A stretch of 64,000 nt of DNA. Source: Lama glama (taxonomy: Eukaryota). Made by a program: the position numbers and the translations under genes. The stretch is taken from NCBI GenBank assembly GCA_028534125.1, contig CM052817.1:32180001-32244000 (forward strand), given 5' to 3'. The notes under the pieces are model-generated. The model worked only from the letters and a program-made list of their open reading frames with translations. It made no database searches and was not told the DNA's origin. Below are positions 12,560 through 25,947 of this stretch, piece by piece. Within the stretch, counting starts at the first letter, position 1, and every line of letters begins with the position of its first letter.

Positions 12560-12755
12560 CGCTGGCGCGGGCTCCGGCTGCGGGACTGGGAGGCGGGGCA
12601 GGGGCGCAGGCTGCAGGTTTTCCGTGGCGGCAGCGGGAGGGGTCGGGCCCTGGAGGCCGGGCTGGGTGGGGGTTGCGCAGGGGAGGTGTTGGGGGTCTCC
12701 GGCGGTCCGTGGGTTTGGCAGTCTGTGACGCAGTTGTCTAATTTCTGGTCGTCAG
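12560..12755 (+). other. DCUN1D4: Candidate alternative first exon 1c (5' end uncertain)
   Basis: Donor TCAG|gtgtgg at 12756, downstream of a triple GC-box repeat; read in phase 1 it joins exon 2 as ...QLSNFWSS-D-FQLN. Confidence 0.4.
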
Positions 12756-14533
12756 GTGTGGAGACTGGTGCCTTGGGACCCGCTTCCCTTGGGGGGAGGG
12801 CCAGACCACAGGCCCGGCGCAGCGCCCGCGGGGCGCGACCTCTCCCAGGCTTGCAGGGAGGGAGCTTTAGGGGTTTCCTTTAGGGTCCGGCTCCAGCCGC
12901 CGGGTGTTAAGGGGAAAGGCGGTCCCGCGGAATTCTGGGACGTGTAGTCCGGGCCGCGGTTGGATTGGGTGCACGTGGGTAACTGTGGAAACGAGTCCCA
13001 GAATGCAGCGCGCCCCTCGGAGCCTCCCTGCTCTGCTAACTCGTGCTTTATTCCCGGAGGATCTGGGCCCGCACTGGGGAGGCGCTCCTGTCCCCTGGGA
13101 CCTTCTGCCTGCACCAGCGGTTGGGGGAGGACCAAGCCACAGGCAGCCCTTTCACACTTGGGTTCTCGAGCCCCGAGTTGATTATTTTCACCTGCATTTG
13201 GTAGCCTTACTTGTAGAGTAAATATTTGTTTAGTCTTGACCCATTTAGTACAGAGGTTATGGAAAAAGCATTCAAGATGCAACATTCTAAAGCAGTATTT
13301 AGGATGGTGTATTTTTGTGGCATCCAGTGTATATAAACACTTGGTTAAAAAGTTCTGTCTTATATAAATCTGGGACTGTGGTGGAGACATGTAATCCTTA
13401 TGAAGATAGTATAAAATATGTGTTTGTAGTTCTTGGGCCATTTATATTGCCAAAGGATGGAGGCACTTTTGGAAAAAAGGTGGTCTTGAATTGAGTGTTG
13501 GAGGCGGCTTAATGGAATTGAGAGTAGAAATGGTCTCAACTCGTTTAAGCCAGTGTGAGGATGTGACCATGAGGGAAGGGAATATATTAAGTCTTTGGTT
13601 TTCAAAGAAGCATGGGAAGGCAGTGAGACTAGACGAAGGTAAACTTAGTGAAGGACCTTAAGAGGTTTACATGTGTTTCTGTTTTGTTTTCAGCTGTGGC
13701 TGTAATTTCTCCTGTCTCCTTAATATTAGAAACCATGCTTTCAGCTTGTAGACTCCCCAAACATCACATCCTTTGCCTGTTCCCTTTACCGTTTATATGC
13801 GATTACTCCAAAAACTATAACGTAGAGCACCGTCACATTAGCTTAGAGATGACAGAATATTTTTATGTGATGTATAAGGTGTTATGCAACTATTGGTAGC
13901 ATGGTCACTAGAAGAGTATTATAATGACCTTAATGATAAAATTTTACCAAGAAGTCCAAAGATTTGGAAACTGTCTAGTATGGTTACAAATATACTAAAT
14001 TTGAGTACTTGATTGAATGATGGTTCTTTTCATAATGGCTGAAAAATAGGGCAATGTGTGGTTTTATCCGGAAAAGATTTATGTCTTATGTTTTATTTAA
14101 GCTTATGATGAAATATCCAGGAAACCTTTTGTGATATGTAAATGTGTAACATGGACTTTTTTTTTTAATGTGCGTTTTTCACGGGAATTTGGTATTGTAA
14201 AGGGTGAGGTCTATGAGGTTGAGAACAAGAGCTGTAATTATCTTCAAGATGGTGTTTTTAAAGAAAATATTAGGTTAGTCATTTCTTTGCCTTTTCTTTT
14301 TTTCAGTTTCATCTCAAAGGGCAGGTGCCCCATACACACGACTACCCCTTTCCCCAGCTCCCAAACCCTAGGTTCCTATACATTATCACCTTACACTTTC
14401 TACTCTGGTGTTAGAAAGAGGTTCCTCTTTGATTTTTGGCCTTTGGAGAGGTCCTTTATTTTCTTATGAACTTAACTTTGCCTTTAGACAGATGTTTCTA
14501 AAACTCCACCCGGAATTTTTTGACTGTTTTCAA

Positions 14534-14993
14534 CAGATGGTCCCAACTTAATGATTGTTCGACTTTATGATGGTGCTAAAGCAAAATATATTTGATAAAA
14601 ACGGTACTTCAAATGTTGGATTTTGATTTTTTCGAAGCTAGTGATGTATGGTAGGATACTTGCGATGCTAGGCTGGGCAGCCACCACAGCTTTCAGGCAG
14701 CCATATGATCATGAGGGCAAATGGCCGTACACTTACAGCCCTTTTGTACCAGACAACCTTTCTGTTTTTCACTTTTAGTGCAGTTTTCAGTAAATTACCT
14801 GAACTACTCAGTATTTTATTATAAAATAGGTTTTGTGTGAGGTGATTTTGCACAACTCTATTCTAATATAAGAGTTCTGAGCATGTTAAAGGTAGGCTAG
14901 GCTAAGCTGTTGTCTGTAGGTTAGGTGTGTTAAATGCATTTTCAACTTAGGATATTTTCAGTTTACAGTGGGTTTACTCAAGAGGAAGATCTG
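14534..14993 (-). mobile_element. TcMar-Tigger MITE, MER47/Tigger5-like, near full length
   Basis: Ends cagatggtccc... and ...gaggaagatctg|ta; internal aaggtaggctaggctaagc...taggttaggtgtgttaaatgcattttcaactta. Confidence 0.8.
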
Positions 14994-15334
14994 TATTGGG
15001 GAGGATTTTCACGTTATCTCGTCCATAACGTTGCCAAGAAAGAAAGCCCCCCTTATTTTCTCCGCTTTAGAGGACTTCTGTGCTTTTACTCTTTTCTTCC
15101 TCTGTTCTTTCTTCCAAGAAGTAGCCCGACTAACACGTGACCGCATTTTTTCAAATGTTATTAATTGTTATATCCTTTTCTCTTTTTACCTTTAGCTTCT
15201 CCCAGAAGCTCTTATTAGCTTATTGCTTTCTTCCTGACTATATGTTTGCATTGTTCTCATCTCAGTAATAATAATCTTGCTTACTCAGCAGTGTAAATAT
15301 CAGCGTGTCAGAAACTGACCTCACGATGACCTCT

Positions 15335-15820
15335 GTTGTATTAGGTGGGGTGCTTCTGACAGGTAAAACTACTCAATCCAAAATGACTTAAGTAGTGGAG
15401 TTTATAACTGTCCAGTAGCAAGAAGTTTAGAGATGATTTTAAAGCTAGTGCAGAGTCATAGTGATATCTTTTGAGAATGTATCCTTTTTCCCTCTATTCT
15501 TAGTATTTTGTCTAGATCTCTAGGCTCATTGCCTCCTGTTTGCTGTATGGTTGCTGCAGCACCAGACATCATGCCTATGTAAGAAAGGAAGGGAAGGAGT
15601 ATATTTCCTTACAATTCCCACTTAACAGAGAGGAGTCTTTTCCAGAAGGTCACCTTGGAGATTTCCCCTTCAGTCTCTTTGAGTAGAGTTGACCTCATGC
15701 CACTGCTGGTTGTGAGGGAGGTGGAGAAAGTGAGTCTGGCATTTTGAGCTTCTGTTGTGCGGTGTGGACTTTGCTAAGGTGGAAGAAGGGAATGCTCTGA
15801 GTTGACAGCCTACAATTATA
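15335..15820. mobile_element. Old MaLR (MLT1-like) solo LTR remnant
   Basis: tgtattagg...aatccaaaatgacttaa...ggttgctgcagcaccagacatca; heavily diverged. Confidence 0.45.
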
Positions 15821-18089
15821 TCCCTGATTCAGCTACTTTTTTTAACTGTCTCTGGCTTGGTCTCAATCTTTTTTATCTGTTGACTTGTTTTCTGCCTCAT
15901 TCTAAAATAATTAGAGGTGACTTACTAAATATAGATAAAATCCTGTCAAGAGAAAGAAATTATAGATTTTCAGGCTGCACATAAATGCTTGCCATATGTT
16001 AGAAATGGGCCATATATTTGGCTCTGAGCTTCCTAGTTGCCAAAATAAAGAGGAAAACAAGACCAGTTAATTTTATTCATTTGGTTAATGAAACTGCACT
16101 TCATTTAATAATGCAGGCTGGAAGCTTAGACATTTCTCATCCTGCCTTTCCCTGGTTGCAGCAAGTCAGAGGCCACATCTCTTCCCATGCCTGTCCCCTC
16201 TTTTCTATACCTAGTGCCATCACCCTAGGTCTGATCCATCCTTTCTTGTATTGTAATAACCAGTAATCCTTTTACCAGGCTCAGCCTCCTAACTTTATCT
16301 TCTCCATCACCAGTTAATTATCTTTGCCTTTATGACTCCCCTACTCAGAAACCTCAAAGACTCCCATTTGTTTACCGAAATACAGTCTCCTCAGAAGCTG
16401 GAGTTGGACTTGTTCTCTAGTTTAAGCTTGATCTCTTCCTCCCAGATTGCTCCCCCATCGCCCACTGCCCTCTATGCTACGTCTGTGGAAGTTCTCTTCA
16501 TGGCGTTACTTGTTCCCTCTCCAGCAAACTTCCTCATTGAGCCTCCAAAGGGCTGTTTATTTCTCTTCTCAGCTTTCTCTTATTTAACAATAACTGCTTG
16601 TTTACGTATTTGTCCCCTCCCCAATTAGATTATAACCCCTGTGGGGTCTGGGACTCTGTCTTCCGTAGTGTCCCCTTTATGGTGCAGCATGATGCCTCTC
16701 TTAGGTCCTCAAATACATAATGAATTGGACTTTAACAGTCAACTCTTGACTAATTAGTGGATTATCTGGAATGTATTCATTCTTCCTCCTGCTCTCCAGC
16801 ATGCTTCTGAGTCGTCTGTTGTTGTCTTTGGATTTTTTTTCCTTGAGTTCAGACTTTAACTTACTCATCATTTTCTGCCGTTTTTTGACAAAGGTGTCTT
16901 ATGCAAACCAATTTAAATAATACTTCCTTTTAAATACATGCAGCTACCAGTTTTGAAGAATGTCTGTGGCGTGGAGAGACTCTCAAGGACAGAGTAGAGT
17001 GCTGGTGATGTGCTGAGGGACCTGTGGACAGGACCCGTGTCCATTTCTGACCTATGTAGCAGGCCTAGGTGGGGACGGCTGAAGTAAGGCTTGGCAAATT
17101 GGATGGTAAGGGGCTTAATGTTTCTGCTTTCCCCCTCTTTTTGTTTCATGACCAAATTCTGGCCCTAAGGGTTTCTTTCTTAATGTTAACAATGCACTGA
17201 GATAACTAAAAGTCTTCCTTTAGTTAGAAAGTAAACTTTGTTAGTTGGAGGTGAATTTTCTGAGAATCTGACATTAATGCTGATCTCTTTTTATAGGTGA
17301 TCAACTTGATTTGGTGTCAACAGCTTTTCATAGCTTATTTTTGAGATTCAGTGATCTGAATCTTTCCACTCTGGTTGGACTCTGGGGACAGTGTCAGTGG
17401 TGGGAGCTGCCTTTGCCAGTGGTCAGGCAGGACTCTAAGGCACACATCAGTCATGCCACTGATGCAACCTAACCACATCTTTGTCCCCCCACCCACTCCC
17501 ACAAATTCTTGGAAGTGTTAGAGATGGAAATTATATTGGTAGAATATTTATTTTGTTTAGCTAAAAATCATCTGATAGTCCAATTGCTTTATGACTCGAC
17601 TTTATTGAGTATAAATTTACATTCTATAAGATTGTACCTATTTTATAAATGTGTGTGTGTTCTAACCACTAGCAAAATTCAGATACAGAATATTTTCATT
17701 ACCCCGAAGTTCCCTTGTGTCCCCTCACTGTACTTCTCTACTTCCCACCACAGTTTTTGGCTTTTAATATATATCACCTTAGGCCTCCTCTGTATTAGCT
17801 GATTTGTCATTTTGCTGTTCGCGGAGATATTATAGAATAAAACGGTGTAATAATCACTCTGTCTTTTTTACTGAACTATTAAATCCAAAGAAAAACTATC
17901 AGTGCTGTATAAATTAGAAATCTGATAATTAATACTTTACTACATAGAACTGCCTTGAATTAGATGACTTGATCTCTTCAAAGATTTTCTGGTGGATGGC
18001 TTTTGCTTCTCTGTGGGCCAAAGATACACAATGCTAGAATTTGCTCCTTGGAGATAATGATGTCTTCTGTCATCTGGGTCCGGTTGGGA

Positions 18090-18730
18090 GGCAGGAAAGC
18101 ATAGCAGTTAAGTGTAAACTCTAGAGTCAAAATGCCTGGGTTCAAATTCTGTTTGCCTCTTTTAGCTGTGTGACCATGGGTAAGTTACTCAGCTACTCTG
18201 TGTAAGCCTCAGATTCCTCAGGCATTAAAAAATACCTGTTGCAGGGTATGGGGTTGTTGAGTCAACAGTGTTTGTTGAACACTTGCTGTGTACCAGGCCC
18301 TGTTCTTCATTTGTCCTGAAGTCACATTTCAGCGTTGGGGAAGAGGCAGATGATAAGCAGGCAGATCAGGCAGTATGTCAGGTGGTGATAAGTTTGTTAG
18401 AGAAAAGCGAGCAGGGAAGGGGAGAGCACAGGTGCCCCTCTGTGTACAGGGGCGGGGAGCCTGAGCCGGGCTGTTGTCATTTTACATAGCTAGGTCAGGG
18501 AGGGCCTCCCTAAGAAGCTTTTAAGACATGACCCAGTGGAGGTGAAGGGGCATTCCAGGGAGAGGGGACACAAATACAGAGGCTCTGAAGGGGAGCAGGC
18601 CTGTGTTTGACGGACAGCAAAGAGGCTGGTGTGCTTAGAGTGGAGTTGGAGGTTGGGGAGAGAGGGAGAAGCAGGAGGCAAGATCAGAAGTGATCCCGAC
18701 GATTGAATGAGATAAAGCACATAAAGCCTT
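18090..18730. mobile_element. MIR (+) followed by L2 3' fragment (-)
   Basis: ctgggttcaaattct...gctgtgtgaccatgggtaagttac, then tttgttgaacacttgctgtgtaccaggccctg. Confidence 0.65.
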
Positions 18731-19389
18731 TAGAGAAATGCTTGGCACTTTGCTGTCTTTATTGCAAATGATTACTGTGTAATGTCAGTTTCTTCATTAG
18801 GCTTTAAAAGGAGACTTTTGAGAGGAAGAGAGTTTCTAAGAAAAGAACCAACTGAGGCGTTCCCTCACTCAGTCACTCAGCAGCCATTGCTTTCAGGTGC
18901 TGCTGTAACAGACACGACTGAGCTGGGGTCCTTGTGTGGAAGGACGTCCTTCCGGCGGGTTTAATGCTGAGGCAAGAAGTACTGGGCAGTTGAAGTACGG
19001 GTTGGGGCCAGTCAGAGGGATGCCCAGGGAGCTTTGAAAGTAGGCGGTCATTAGATTTGACTTCAGGGAAGGTTTAGCGGTTGTCATGTGGCTTTAGCTT
19101 TTGAAATTTTATTAGAGGAAGAAAAGGTGGGTGTGTAGGGGGTAGGGGGTGAGGTGGGAGGATGCTCCCAAGCAGAGGGACAGCCTGGCCAGAGCAGTAG
19201 CGTGGGGGTTGGGCCAGAGTGAAGGGGAGTGAGGTGGAGGGTGGGCAGGAGCCATGTGGGGAGGGCTGAAAAGAGGCACCAGGGAGGGTTGATGAGTAGG
19301 AGGGAGGTGAGAGGAGAGAGAAGTCAGAGGATGTGGGGCACACGGAGAGAGGAGGCATGGGATAGGGATGTTGACACACATCAAATATA

Positions 19390-19620
19390 CAGTGATTATT
19401 CCTGGGCCAGCTGCCTTGGCTGCGTTAACTCATTTAATCATCACCACAGCCTCTGAAGTAGGTTCTGTATGTGCTGTTTGTCATCCCCATTTTACAGATG
19501 AATAAGCTGAGGTACAGAGAGATTAACAAACCTTCTCAAGGTCACACAGCTGGTAAGTGGTGAGCTGAGATTCTAACTCAGGCACTCTGACTCCTTGGTC
19601 TTGGTGCCCCACCACTGCCT
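19390..19620 (-). mobile_element. MIR SINE
   Basis: atccccattttacagatgaataagctgaggtacagagag...caaggtcacacagctggtaagtgg. Confidence 0.85.
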
Positions 19621-20409
19621 ATGAAATATTACAATTTCATTTGTGCTTTTCATTTAATCCTTGTGGTAACCTGGCAGGCAGATTGGAATTCCATATTTTG
19701 TCACTGGCCTACCAGTGGCGAGGGCAGAGCCAGTTGATAAGATTATCTGCATTTTGTTTGTGGTTCTTTTCTTTTTGGAATGGGTCCCAACAGAATCAGG
19801 ATCTAGGATGAATTCCTTCTTTCCCACTCCTCCTCTTCCCCTCATTTCTACCATCTTACAACGACAGTGGGTATTTAAAGACAGATTCTAGCTGGGTGAC
19901 TGATTGTGGCAAAGAAAAGTATTTTTCTTAACTCACTAGTGAAAAAGTCATTTTTAGTCTTCTTAGATTTTATTTTAAACAGACATTCATACTAAATACT
20001 TTTTGGACACACACTTTATATTATTTTTAAAGATGAGTGACATCTAACAACATTGCAGAAAAGCCAGAAAACGTAAAACCTGCCTTTTAGTAGAACAACT
20101 AGTGTCATTTTGGTGTAACCTCTTTGAAATGATTCTCTTCTCTTTTTCTGTAGTTGTGGGTGAGTTTAAGTCTTTTTCCCCTTTAAGATCTCTTTCTACA
20201 AATGCCATTCCCAAAATGAGACCACAGATTACTTATTCTTAATTAAACAGGAAGCTGAGAAGGATAGTTGTAAATTCAAGTCCAGACAACTGGCTACTGA
20301 AGTGAGAGTTTTAAAGACCTTTTTGCCCGGCCTTTACTTTTTGTTCTTCTAGGTTCAGTCTGTCTTAGTCTCTTCTATGTTCTAATAATTATAGGGGTTA
20401 AAATAATGA

Positions 20410-20615
20410 ACCTTTATTAGTGGTTGGTACGGGTCAGCACTGTGCTGTCCTTGGCCGGCACCGTGTCACTGACTTCTCACAGCAGCCTGCTCTTCTGGCT
20501 CTGCAGATGAGGACGCGGGGGCCGGGCTAGGGGCAGGGTCACTCGGCTAGGATGCCACAGAGCTGGGACTCGAACCTGGGGCTTTCCGATGCCAGAGCTA
20601 CACTCTTTAACCTAC
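20410..20615 (-). mobile_element. MIR SINE
   Basis: gcagatgaggacgcgggggc...gagctgggactcgaacctggg...ctctttaacc. Confidence 0.6.
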
Positions 20616-21259
20616 ATCTAGGCTCTTCTAGCATTAGTAAGATTAAAGGATGATTTTTTTCCCTCTGAGCAGTGGAGTGAATCTGTGTTCTTCAGTGGTT
20701 AGGGTGGGGTGAAGAGAATGAATCTAGGGCCCTTTGTACCTTGTCCCATTGGGAGGACAGACTGGCTGTCTGGGAGTGGTCGGCTCCTTTGAGATGGCAG
20801 CAGCAGGCTCAGGCTGGGTGACATGCTGCCTCTCTTGGGCAGGTGGTTGCTCCCAGCCTCTTTCACGGGTCCTGTGAGACTTAGGAGGAGGAAGCCAGCG
20901 TTGATGTGCTCTGATGGCTCTACCTTTGGATCTTGTATTCAGTGAAAACGCTGAGTCACCTGTGATGACCTGCTCTCCACCCCCTTGTCATTTTTCCCCT
21001 TTCCACGCTCACCTTTCTGGCTTTGTGCCTTGTAAATAGCAAATATTTATTGATAAGGAGAATGATGTTAACCCCTTCCTCGCTGCTACTTTGTTTCTTT
21101 TGGACCTTGAAGGGCTTGGATCTTGGTCTTTTTTTTTCCACGTGCAGAGGGGCTACCTGTGAGTGATTTGGACTCCCCTCTGGCCTGTGCTGAGATGGTG
21201 AGCATGGATTGGTGGCCAGAGCTTGGGGATTGAGTCGAGGGTGGGGATAAATCGCTCCT

Positions 21260-21410
21260 CTCTGGTTGCACATTAGAGCTACCTGGGCTTCTTGAAAAAA
21301 TGTTTGCTGACCACACTCCTGTTTTTATTTAAATTGATCTGGATGGAGCCCCAGGCACTGGCAGTTACTCAGATTCCCCAGGTGATTCTGACGTGCAACC
21401 GCTGTGTCAA
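21260..21410. mobile_element. hAT-Charlie MER5-like MITE
   Basis: ggttgcacattagagctacctggg...ccccaggtgattctgacgtgcaacc. Confidence 0.6.
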
Positions 21411-22319
21411 TTTCAGCAGCTTAATGTGTGAGCGGGGTTTGGTTTGGGCGCGGGGAAGAGGGCTCCAAAGCTGTGGCTGCCCTGCCTGGCCCTGCCCCTG
21501 CCCCTGCCCCAGGCTGCCTGCCCTACGCCCGGCTCTGTGCCAGGCACCTTGCAGCACTCGTTCATCTGATCCTTGCAGTGTCCTTATGAGGCTGGCACTG
21601 TTAACTATCCGTTTTATGGATAAGAAATTCCTCCTTCTAACAATGAAGGGCATGGGGTATGATGCTGACCTACAGACCTGGCTTTTGGCTTTTCCTAGTT
21701 TTGTGGTATAGAAAACTCGTTTCAGATGTTTGTTTTAATAATTTGGCCTCAAATGTGAATATATTTGTTTTTACAAATTAGACATATCCTTGTGCCCCCT
21801 CTTATAGCTAAATGTCAGTTGGTATACAGAAGTATAAACACAATACCGGTTAAAACATTGCTTTTTATAGTGTCAAAAGTAGACTTCATTTTATGATAGA
21901 TTTTGAATTTCAAGACATTTTGAGGTGAAGTGCATTCTATACTTTAAAAATCACAGATACTCTGTATGTTTGAGCTCATACATAGATCTGCCCGACTTGT
22001 AATCTGGCCCGCTCTTTACACTCTGGCTTCTGTAACCCTCCAGGATACTAAGCAAGTTGGATTTCAGTATTTTAAACGTGCTCAAGTCTCCCCATCATAA
22101 AGCTCACACTCAACACTCCTTCAACCCCACGTGCATTTCCAGTCTCCCCTTCACAGTGAACTTCTGGAACAAGTTGTTTATGCCTGACATGATCTGATCC
22201 CTCACCTCCTGCTTTATCCTTGGCCCATTTCATTCTGCCCTCAGTTCTGTCATCACAGTCTTCGTCTCAGTCACGGAGGAACCTCCACATTGCTAAATCC
22301 AGTGGCTACTTTTAAAGCA

Positions 22320-23050
22320 TTTATTCCCCTGTATATTGGTATCCGTCATGTGCTAGGTTTGTGATGTTCTAGGTATTGGAATATAGTGGTGAACAAGACA
22401 AAAGAAAGTCCCTGTCATCGTGGAGCTTGGACTCCAGGGAGAGTGACAAAGGATAAAGATATAAATATATATGAAATATAATGTCAGGGTCACAGAAGAC
22501 CTCATGTTGTTTGACTTTACTGATAGAAAATGTCTAGAATAGGCAAATCTATAGACAGAGTGGGTTAGGGGTTGCTTGGTGCTATAGGGATGAGGGGAGA
22601 AATGGGGAGTGATAGCTGATGGGGTAAAAACATGTTTTAAGGTTACATTGTGGTGATGGTTACATAGCTCTGTGAATATAACAAAAAACATTGACTTGTG
22701 CACTTTAAATGGGTGAATCACACGATATGTGAATTATAGTTCAGTAAAACTGTTAAAGTGATGAGTGCTATGCAAAAATCTGACTCTGGTGGCGGGGGTG
22801 GCGTGGCTGCTTTGAGTAGGGAAGTCAGAGGAGGCCTCTTGGAGGAGGTGACACTTGAGTAGGTGTTTCAGTGATGTCAACCATGAGGCCTCATGAACCA
22901 GAAGGCATATTAAATGAAAAAGGAGTTCACCTGAGTGTTCAAGAAGAGTGTGGCTGGAGAGGAGTGAGGAGGATAAAGACATGGGATGACTTAGGGTAAG
23001 ATCATGTAGGGCCTTGCAAGGACTTGTTGAAGACTTAGAGTTTTTTCTTT
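22320..23050. mobile_element. L2 (-) interrupted by an L1MB-like 3' end (+, ~22500-22757)
   Basis: L2: gtgaacaagacaaaag...gtccctg and gggaagtcagaggaggcctcttggaggaggtgaca. L1: ctagaataggcaaatctatagacagag...ctttaaatgggtgaat...tatgtgaattata. Confidence 0.7.
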
Positions 23051-25159
23051 TATGCTACAGTCACAGATCCAAAGTCTCCAGATTGATATCTAAGGTTGCG
23101 TGTCCTTTGCAGGTTGGCAGTGGTCTCTCTCCCTCTTACTGACCTTTTCATCCGCAGTGTATCTGAAACCCACAGGAGAGAGGGCTCCTGTTTTTAGAAG
23201 GAAGGAGACAGGGCAGACCTAAACAGTGACTCTCAACTCCAGTACACCATTGGCTTTAACAACATTTTTTTCTTTTTCCATATTATTGAGTAGAATTGAG
23301 GTTTCAGGAGGATGGGCCAGGTAACCCATGGTTTGGAAGACCCCTGAGCCTTCCAGGTGGAATCCCAGTTAGAGGCCCCACCCTGCGCCGCTCGGTCATG
23401 CTCTTGTCCTGTCCCAGGAACGTTTAGGATGAATGCTGATTTTGATAACCTTTAATTTTGTCCAATTTTGTTTCACTTTTTTGGCAGTGACATGGTAATG
23501 GCCCCATGTTCTATCTTCCATCCCCACCCCAAAAGCCATAGTAATTTAGTTCATCGTTTTCATTGTCATCAAAATGCCTTTGTAAGTACTTATCTGTGCA
23601 TAGTGCTGTGTTAAACTTTTATACCTGAGAGCATTGATTACTGGCCAACTGGAGTTTAGTTAATAATAAAATACTTTCATGAATCTTTAGTGACAAGAGG
23701 AAAGAGGTGTACTTGAAAAAAAATTGGTGTTTTGTATCTTTTCTGCATAATCTTTTCTCTTAAAAAAAAGTTGGTAGATGGTTTTAGATTTCAGCAGTTT
23801 TACTGTCTTTTTATTTAATATTAAAGCTCTCTCACTGTGTGCGTGCTTGTTAACAACCTTGGGTGGGAGATGCTGCTGCAACATCATTCCCTTGATGGGG
23901 TTGAAGACACATGGACACTTTTACTCCTATCATAAATAGGCTAGAATGGACGAAGAGGCTGAAGATTGGGAATTAAAATATGTGAATTATCCCCAGCGTG
24001 GCCACAACAAGTTGTCTGACCTTGTTTAGGCTAGTTTTCCAGATAAAGGAGAATTTCCGAGGAATTGGACAAAAAGACATGAAATGTTGAGCTTCCTTCT
24101 CAGCTCCTGAAAGCAGTCTTAGTGGTTTTCCTCCCAGTACAATCACATTTTTAATAGAGGTTAGTTCTGAAGTCCATATGTCAGGTGAAAATCACCAGTA
24201 TTAAAACTATCACTGGAAACACTTGTAGAAGGTACCCCCAATTGAAGATCATCTCTAGTGCTGCACTTAGAGCAGCATTTAGAACACGTGGCCGGCTCTT
24301 CAGCTGAGTGCCAGTGGAAGCAGCTGGCTTACGTTTAGGGACCGTTTTATGAAAAGTATCTCTCTTTAAATAACGCAGCTCCTACAGTGCTGTGAGATGC
24401 TTGACATGTGATTGGCACGTGGAAACCGGGCCAGCCCAGGACTGTGAGATTCTTGTTGTCCGTCTCTTGCTCATTAAGTACAGGCCTCCAGGACACTTAC
24501 TGGGACAACTGACTTTTCTTCTCTTTCTCTCTCCTTGCCAAGCAATTATGTTGAATTTGTGTGAGTTAAGTGTGGATATCCTGCACTCCCACTGTATTCA
24601 GGGTGTCTCCTCTCCTCTTTCACTTCCACTGGCTACCTCAAGGCCCTGATCATTTGGCACCTCAGGCACTTCCAATCTTCTTCAAAGGCCGCTCTAAATC
24701 CAGGCCACACACTTGCTGTAGGGTGATCTTTCTAAAAACGGATGAAAACACTTCTGTGGCATCTAGACTCACAGCAGTGCTTCTTAAACTTCACGCTTGT
24801 TCTGCTCTGGCAGGATTAAGCACTCTGGATTCTGGGAGCGTAACCTGGTTTGGTAATGTTTTTGTTTTCATGTAAAACAGCTATAGATGAATTACCATTG
24901 AGAGAATTGATGCTGCTTGAATGTGCCATGTTTATCTGTTACATTTGCATACCCTTTGGTGGCCCAGTTGGAAATACAAGTCTTTAGGAGATTAAACTCT
25001 TACGCAAGATTCAGAGCTGCGTTTTCCTGACCTGGCCTGCCTTTTGAGTCTCCTCTGTTACCATACTGCTTCTCACAAATGAAGATCTAATGGTGTTAAT
25101 GCACTGAGATGCCCTGAGCATTTTGGATTTAAGTCTTGATGCCTTTGTACCTGCATTTG

Positions 25160-25680
25160 TTTATTCCTTGAGTATTTATTGAGCACCCGATGTGTGCCAG
25201 GTATTGCTCTAGGTACTTGGGATACAACAGTGTACAGGACCAAGTTCTGGCCTTCATGAAGCTTACATTCTACACAAGAGGAAGCTGAGAAACAAAGATG
25301 ACATAAAATCAGGTGATACTAGTGCCAGAAAGAGAAGTAAAGCATGGTGAAGTGATTGATAGATAGTGAAGAAGGGGTCCTGTTTGTTGGATCTGGCAAA
25401 GTTCCGTAAGAAGGTAATATTTAAATTGCAACCTGATAAAGTGCAAGAGCAAGTCATGTTATTATTAGTTGAAAAAGAGCTCAACACAAAGAAAACAACA
25501 GCATGTGCAAAGGCCCTGAGGTACGAGCATCCTTGGAGTGTCCACAAAACAGAAGCTTACTGTGATTGAGAAGAGTGAGCGAGGGGAAAACGAGTAAGAG
25601 ATGAAATTGGATAGATGGGTAGAGGTGGAGTGTGCAGAGCCCTGAGTCCATGATAAGGACTTTTCGTTTGCCTTGAATAC
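25160..25680 (-). mobile_element. L2 LINE 3' fragment
   Basis: tatttattgagcacccgatgtgtgccaggtattgctctaggtacttgggataca...gcatgtgcaaaggccctgagg. Confidence 0.8.
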
Positions 25681-25947
25681 CTTCGCCTTTCATCTGTAAC
25701 TTTTGGGTGAGGTTGGAATTAATTTTAATTTGTTCCACATGGTAGCTAGTTTCTCCTCTGTTTACTGAATAAGTATCTCTTTCCCCACTGATTGGAAATG
25801 CCATTTAATCATGTACTAATTATATGTGTGTTTATACATACATACAAACATATAGGCATGCATGCAGACGTATATTTATTAGCTCTCTTCCACTGACTTG
25901 TCTTCTTGCACACGTACCATACTGTTAAAATTACTGGATCTTTATAC

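Larger units (their letters stand above)
10700..13150. promoter_or_regulatory. CpG island promoter of DCUN1D4 (no TATA box seen)
   Basis: Abrupt high-GC, CpG-dense segment around exon 1. CCAAT at 10956, 11000, 11127 and 11243; ATTGG at 11135; GC box GGGGCGGGGC at 11147-11156. Confidence 0.9.

Noticed and set aside
10905..12728. Long ORFs on both strands (170, 281, 297, 162, 138 and 147 aa)
   Set aside because: Pro/Gly/Arg-rich translations of a GC-rich CpG island where stops are rare. Only the end of 10905-11417 (MHSDAAAV) is real coding sequence.
15170..15487. Two U12-like 5' splice site motifs (ATATCCTTT at 15170, GTATCCTTT at 15479)
   Set aside because: No associated exon, one lies in an LTR-like remnant, and such motifs are expected by chance in 64 kb of AT-rich DNA.
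17279..17300. Strong-looking acceptor ctctttttatag in intron 1
   Set aside because: No convincing downstream donor, so a cryptic exon cannot be supported.
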